The position numbers and the translations under genes were made by a program. This document shows, in pieces, positions 26,284-28,442 of a DNA stretch of 28,442 bases. The notes under the pieces are model-generated. The model saw only the letters and a program-made list of their open reading frames with translations, was not told where the DNA came from and made no database searches. The number at the start of each line of letters is the position of its first letter. Positions within the stretch are counted from its first letter, which is position 1. This DNA is from a candidate division WOR-3 bacterium (GTDB lineage Bacteria > Hydrothermota > Hydrothermia > JBDRYB01): contig JBMFOM010000013.1 in NCBI GenBank assembly GCA_049969615.1, positions 1 to 28,442 on the forward strand, in the 5' to 3' direction.

Positions 26284-26456
26284 CAGAGATCTCTGATAAA
26301 GCAGTAATAACTTATTGGTTTGGGGAAGGAGCATTTGTCCAAGGGAACAGGGTTCTAATCCCCTCTGAAAAATCCCACCACAAGAGCATTTCCTCAGGGT
26401 TCTAGATATGATGAGGCTCCCGGATAAGGACAAACCGGGATTTTTCAGGGGTTTCA
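26284..26456 (+). repeat. Dispersed intergenic repeat, copy 4 (most complete, modules A+B, MITE-like)
   Basis: Starts GAGATCTCTGATAAA and ends TTTTTCAGGGGTTTC (imperfect terminal inverted repeat); internal perfect 12-bp inverted repeat CTGAAAAATCCC (26365-26376)/GGGATTTTTCAG (26437-26448). Confidence 0.85.
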
Positions 26457-26493
26457 AATCGGGTTGTTTCTGACCGCGTACATGCAATATCCT

Positions 26494-27600
26494 ATGCGCT
26501 TGAAGATTCTGGTCATCAACTGGCAGGACATCAGGAACCCCTTTGGTGGTGGCGCTGAGGTTTATCTGCATGAGGTTTTCGGCCGGATAGCCCGGATGGG
26601 TCACGAGGTTCACATCCTGGTTTGCGGAGTGCCAGGGCTCCCATCTGATGAGAACATGGATGGTTTCCTCGTTCACAGACGAGGTTTCCGCAACATCTTC
26701 AATTACCAGCTCCCCGGCATATATAAGAAGGAATTTTCAGGCCTGGGTTTTGACATAGTGATTGAAGACCTCAACAAACTGCCATTCTACACCAGAAGAT
26801 TTGTCAAGGGTCCCAAGATAGCCTGTCTGGCTATGCATTTTTTCGGCAAGGCAATATTTCAGGAACTGCCCCCTCCAATGGCCCTCTATGTCTATCTCTA
26901 CGAGCTAAGTATGAGACGTTCATACAAGGGGCTTCCCTTTGCTGTAATATCGGAGAGCACCAAGAATGATCTTATCGGCTGGGGTTTCGGAAGTGATATA
27001 AGGGTAATATACTCCGGCGTGGACACGGAGACCTACAGGCCGGGGGAGAAATTCCCGGAGCCAACGGTGGTGTATGTGGGAAGGCTGAAGAGATACAAGA
27101 GAATAGAGCTGGCCATGGAGACCGTTGCCAAGGTTGCGGCTGAGATCCCGCTCAGGTTTCACATTGTCGGTGAGGGCGAATACCGGCCTGCTCTTGAGAG
27201 ATTCGCTAGTGCCAGAAAGATGACAGGCTACACAACCTTCCACGGGTTCATATCCCAAGCCGAAAAATCAAAGCTTCTGGCGGGCGCTTGGGTCATGATA
27301 AACACATCGGTCAAGGAGGGTTGGGGTCTGGTTAACACCGAGGCCCAGGCCTCCGGGACTCCGGTCGTGGCTTTTGATGTCCCGGGCATAAGGGAATCCC
27401 TCGTTTCCGGAAGGACGGGATTCCTGGTCCCGTTTGGCGACACGGACGCGCTGGCAGATTCCCTCCGCGAGCTCCTGCTGAACCATGACCTGCGCGAACG
27501 CATGTCCAGGGAAGCGAGGAAATGGGTGGGTCAGTTCTCTTGGGATAGGTCCGCGAGGGAGATGATTGAATGGATTGAAAGTATTATGAAGGCGGGGTAA
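26494..27600 (+). CDS. Glycosyltransferase family 4 (GT-B)
   Basis: KILVINWQDI.NP.GGGAE, YVGRLKRYKR, EGWGLVNTEA (EX7E), FSWD. Start is ATG 26494 or TTG 26500. Confidence 0.95.
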   Translation: MRLKILVINWQDIRNPFGGGAEVYLHEVFGRIARMGHEVHILVCGVPGLPSDENMDGFLVHRRGFRNIFNYQLPGIYKKEFSGLGFDIVIEDLNKLPFYTRRFVKGPKIACLAMHFFGKAIFQELPPPMALYVYLYELSMRRSYKGLPFAVISESTKNDLIGWGFGSDIRVIYSGVDTETYRPGEKFPEPTVVYVGRLKRYKRIELAMETVAKVAAEIPLRFHIVGEGEYRPALERFASARKMTGYTTFHGFISQAEKSKLLAGAWVMINTSVKEGWGLVNTEAQASGTPVVAFDVPGIRESLVSGRTGFLVPFGDTDALADSLRELLLNHDLRERMSREARKWVGQFSWDRSAREMIEWIESIMKAG

Positions 27601-27673
27601 GCTACTTCATGGGAATAAAACCTGATTTATGGGTGTCTAATCTTCTTAGGGAAACAAAACCTTTACGGAGGTG

Positions 27674-28207
27674 ATGATGTCAGGACTTATTATTGCACTA
27701 GTGACGGGCGTCGCGACGCCCATGGACATAGGTGTAGGCGGTGTCTTCTACATGGAGACGGATAGCCCACAGACCAAGTTCTACGGCGCGGAGGCCGAGT
27801 TCCTCGCGCACCTGATGATGGACCGGCTCTACCTCAGAACCGGCATCCTCTATTTCATCAAAGGCGAGGGCGATTATACCAGCATAGGCCTTGGCTCAGG
27901 CGTTGGCGGTTTCGGCGGCGGGTCAGTTGATGCCCTATACTACTTTACCAAGCAGAACCCCAAGAAATACAAGATGAGCCCCTATGTTCTCGGAGGTTTC
28001 TACTTCAGCAAGGTGAGCGATTTCACCAACTATGGTCTCAAGGCCGGCGCGGGCATATCCTTCCCCTTTGGAAAGAGATCCCCCATGAGATTTTTCGGCG
28101 AGGCAGGGGCACTAATTGACGGCTTTTCTGCGCCCGATCCTGTTGGATCTGATAACGCCATAACCGCGTTTGCCCGCGGCGGCGTCAGGTTCAACATCAT
28201 CAATTAA
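27674..28207 (+). CDS. Small outer-membrane beta-barrel protein (OmpA-like membrane domain)
   Basis: SD GGAGG; amphipathic strands (VDALYYF, SPYVLGG, GLKAGAGISF, RFFGEAG, ARGGVRF). Confidence 0.7.
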   Translation: MMSGLIIALVTGVATPMDIGVGGVFYMETDSPQTKFYGAEAEFLAHLMMDRLYLRTGILYFIKGEGDYTSIGLGSGVGGFGGGSVDALYYFTKQNPKKYKMSPYVLGGFYFSKVSDFTNYGLKAGAGISFPFGKRSPMRFFGEAGALIDGFSAPDPVGSDNAITAFARGGVRFNIIN

Positions 28208-28232
28208 GCCCTAATAAACGGGAAGGATGCAG

Positions 28233-28254
28233 GCGGGCCTCTGGCCCGCTTTTT
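28233..28254 (+). terminator. Intrinsic terminator
   Basis: GCGGGCC-TCT-GGCCCGC hairpin followed by TTTTT, about 25 nt after the OMP stop. Confidence 0.8.
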
Positions 28255-28442
28255 CATCACGGATCTCGCGGCCTAACCAGGATTTCAGCCTTTCCCTGAG
28301 AAACATAACCCAACTTCAACGCCTCATTTTTCGGAGGAATCAAGTCCGGGGAATTGGCACCATGTTTAGGGGGGTTCTCAGCGAGACCTATTCACATACG
28401 AGGACTATTCTGTGGGGTTCTCGGATGCCCAGGGTTCTGAGG

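Noticed and set aside
26199-26405. 68-aa ORF after the V-ATPase D gene
   Set aside because: Largely a translation of repeat copy 4; the other copies do not keep the frame.

Overview
A mostly housekeeping bacterial chromosome segment from a diderm organism. The TolC, outer-membrane beta-barrels and T9SS-CTD-like tails suggest an FCB-associated lineage such as WOR-3; this is inference, not tested. Contents in order: the 5' part of a zinc-ribbon/HTH/DDE transposase running off the left edge (missing from the ORF track); a trypsin-TPR protease; an ECF sigma/anti-sigma/Ig-like-protein operon; lipA; a NodU/CmcH carbamoyltransferase; a DUF2378/H-NOX-like protein; tilS-hpt-ftsH; purE plus a beta-barrel protein; a TetR-TolC-adaptor-RND efflux operon; tRNA-Cys; an iron-sulfur flavoprotein and a small Cys-rich protein; a 7-repeat beta-propeller with a CTD; a CTD pseudogene; ftsB-eno; an orphan V-ATPase subunit D; a GT4; and an OMP. 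The most notable signals are non-coding. (1) A family of degenerate ~100-170 bp intergenic repeats has at least 4 copies on both strands, with inverted CCCTGAnAA-type ends that share a core with the putative transposon end (candidate MITE family). (2) Many genes have a -10 box 6-7 nt before the start codon and no Shine-Dalgarno (leaderless architecture), with a recurring (T/A)TGATC -35. (3) Two palindromic TetR operators are followed by a highly structured leader. (4) An ECF-type promoter abuts its own sigma start codon. At the protein level there is a hairpin-less (BesA-like) RND adaptor and very short signal peptides without a basic n-region. No CRISPR array, reverse transcriptase or clear defence system was seen.
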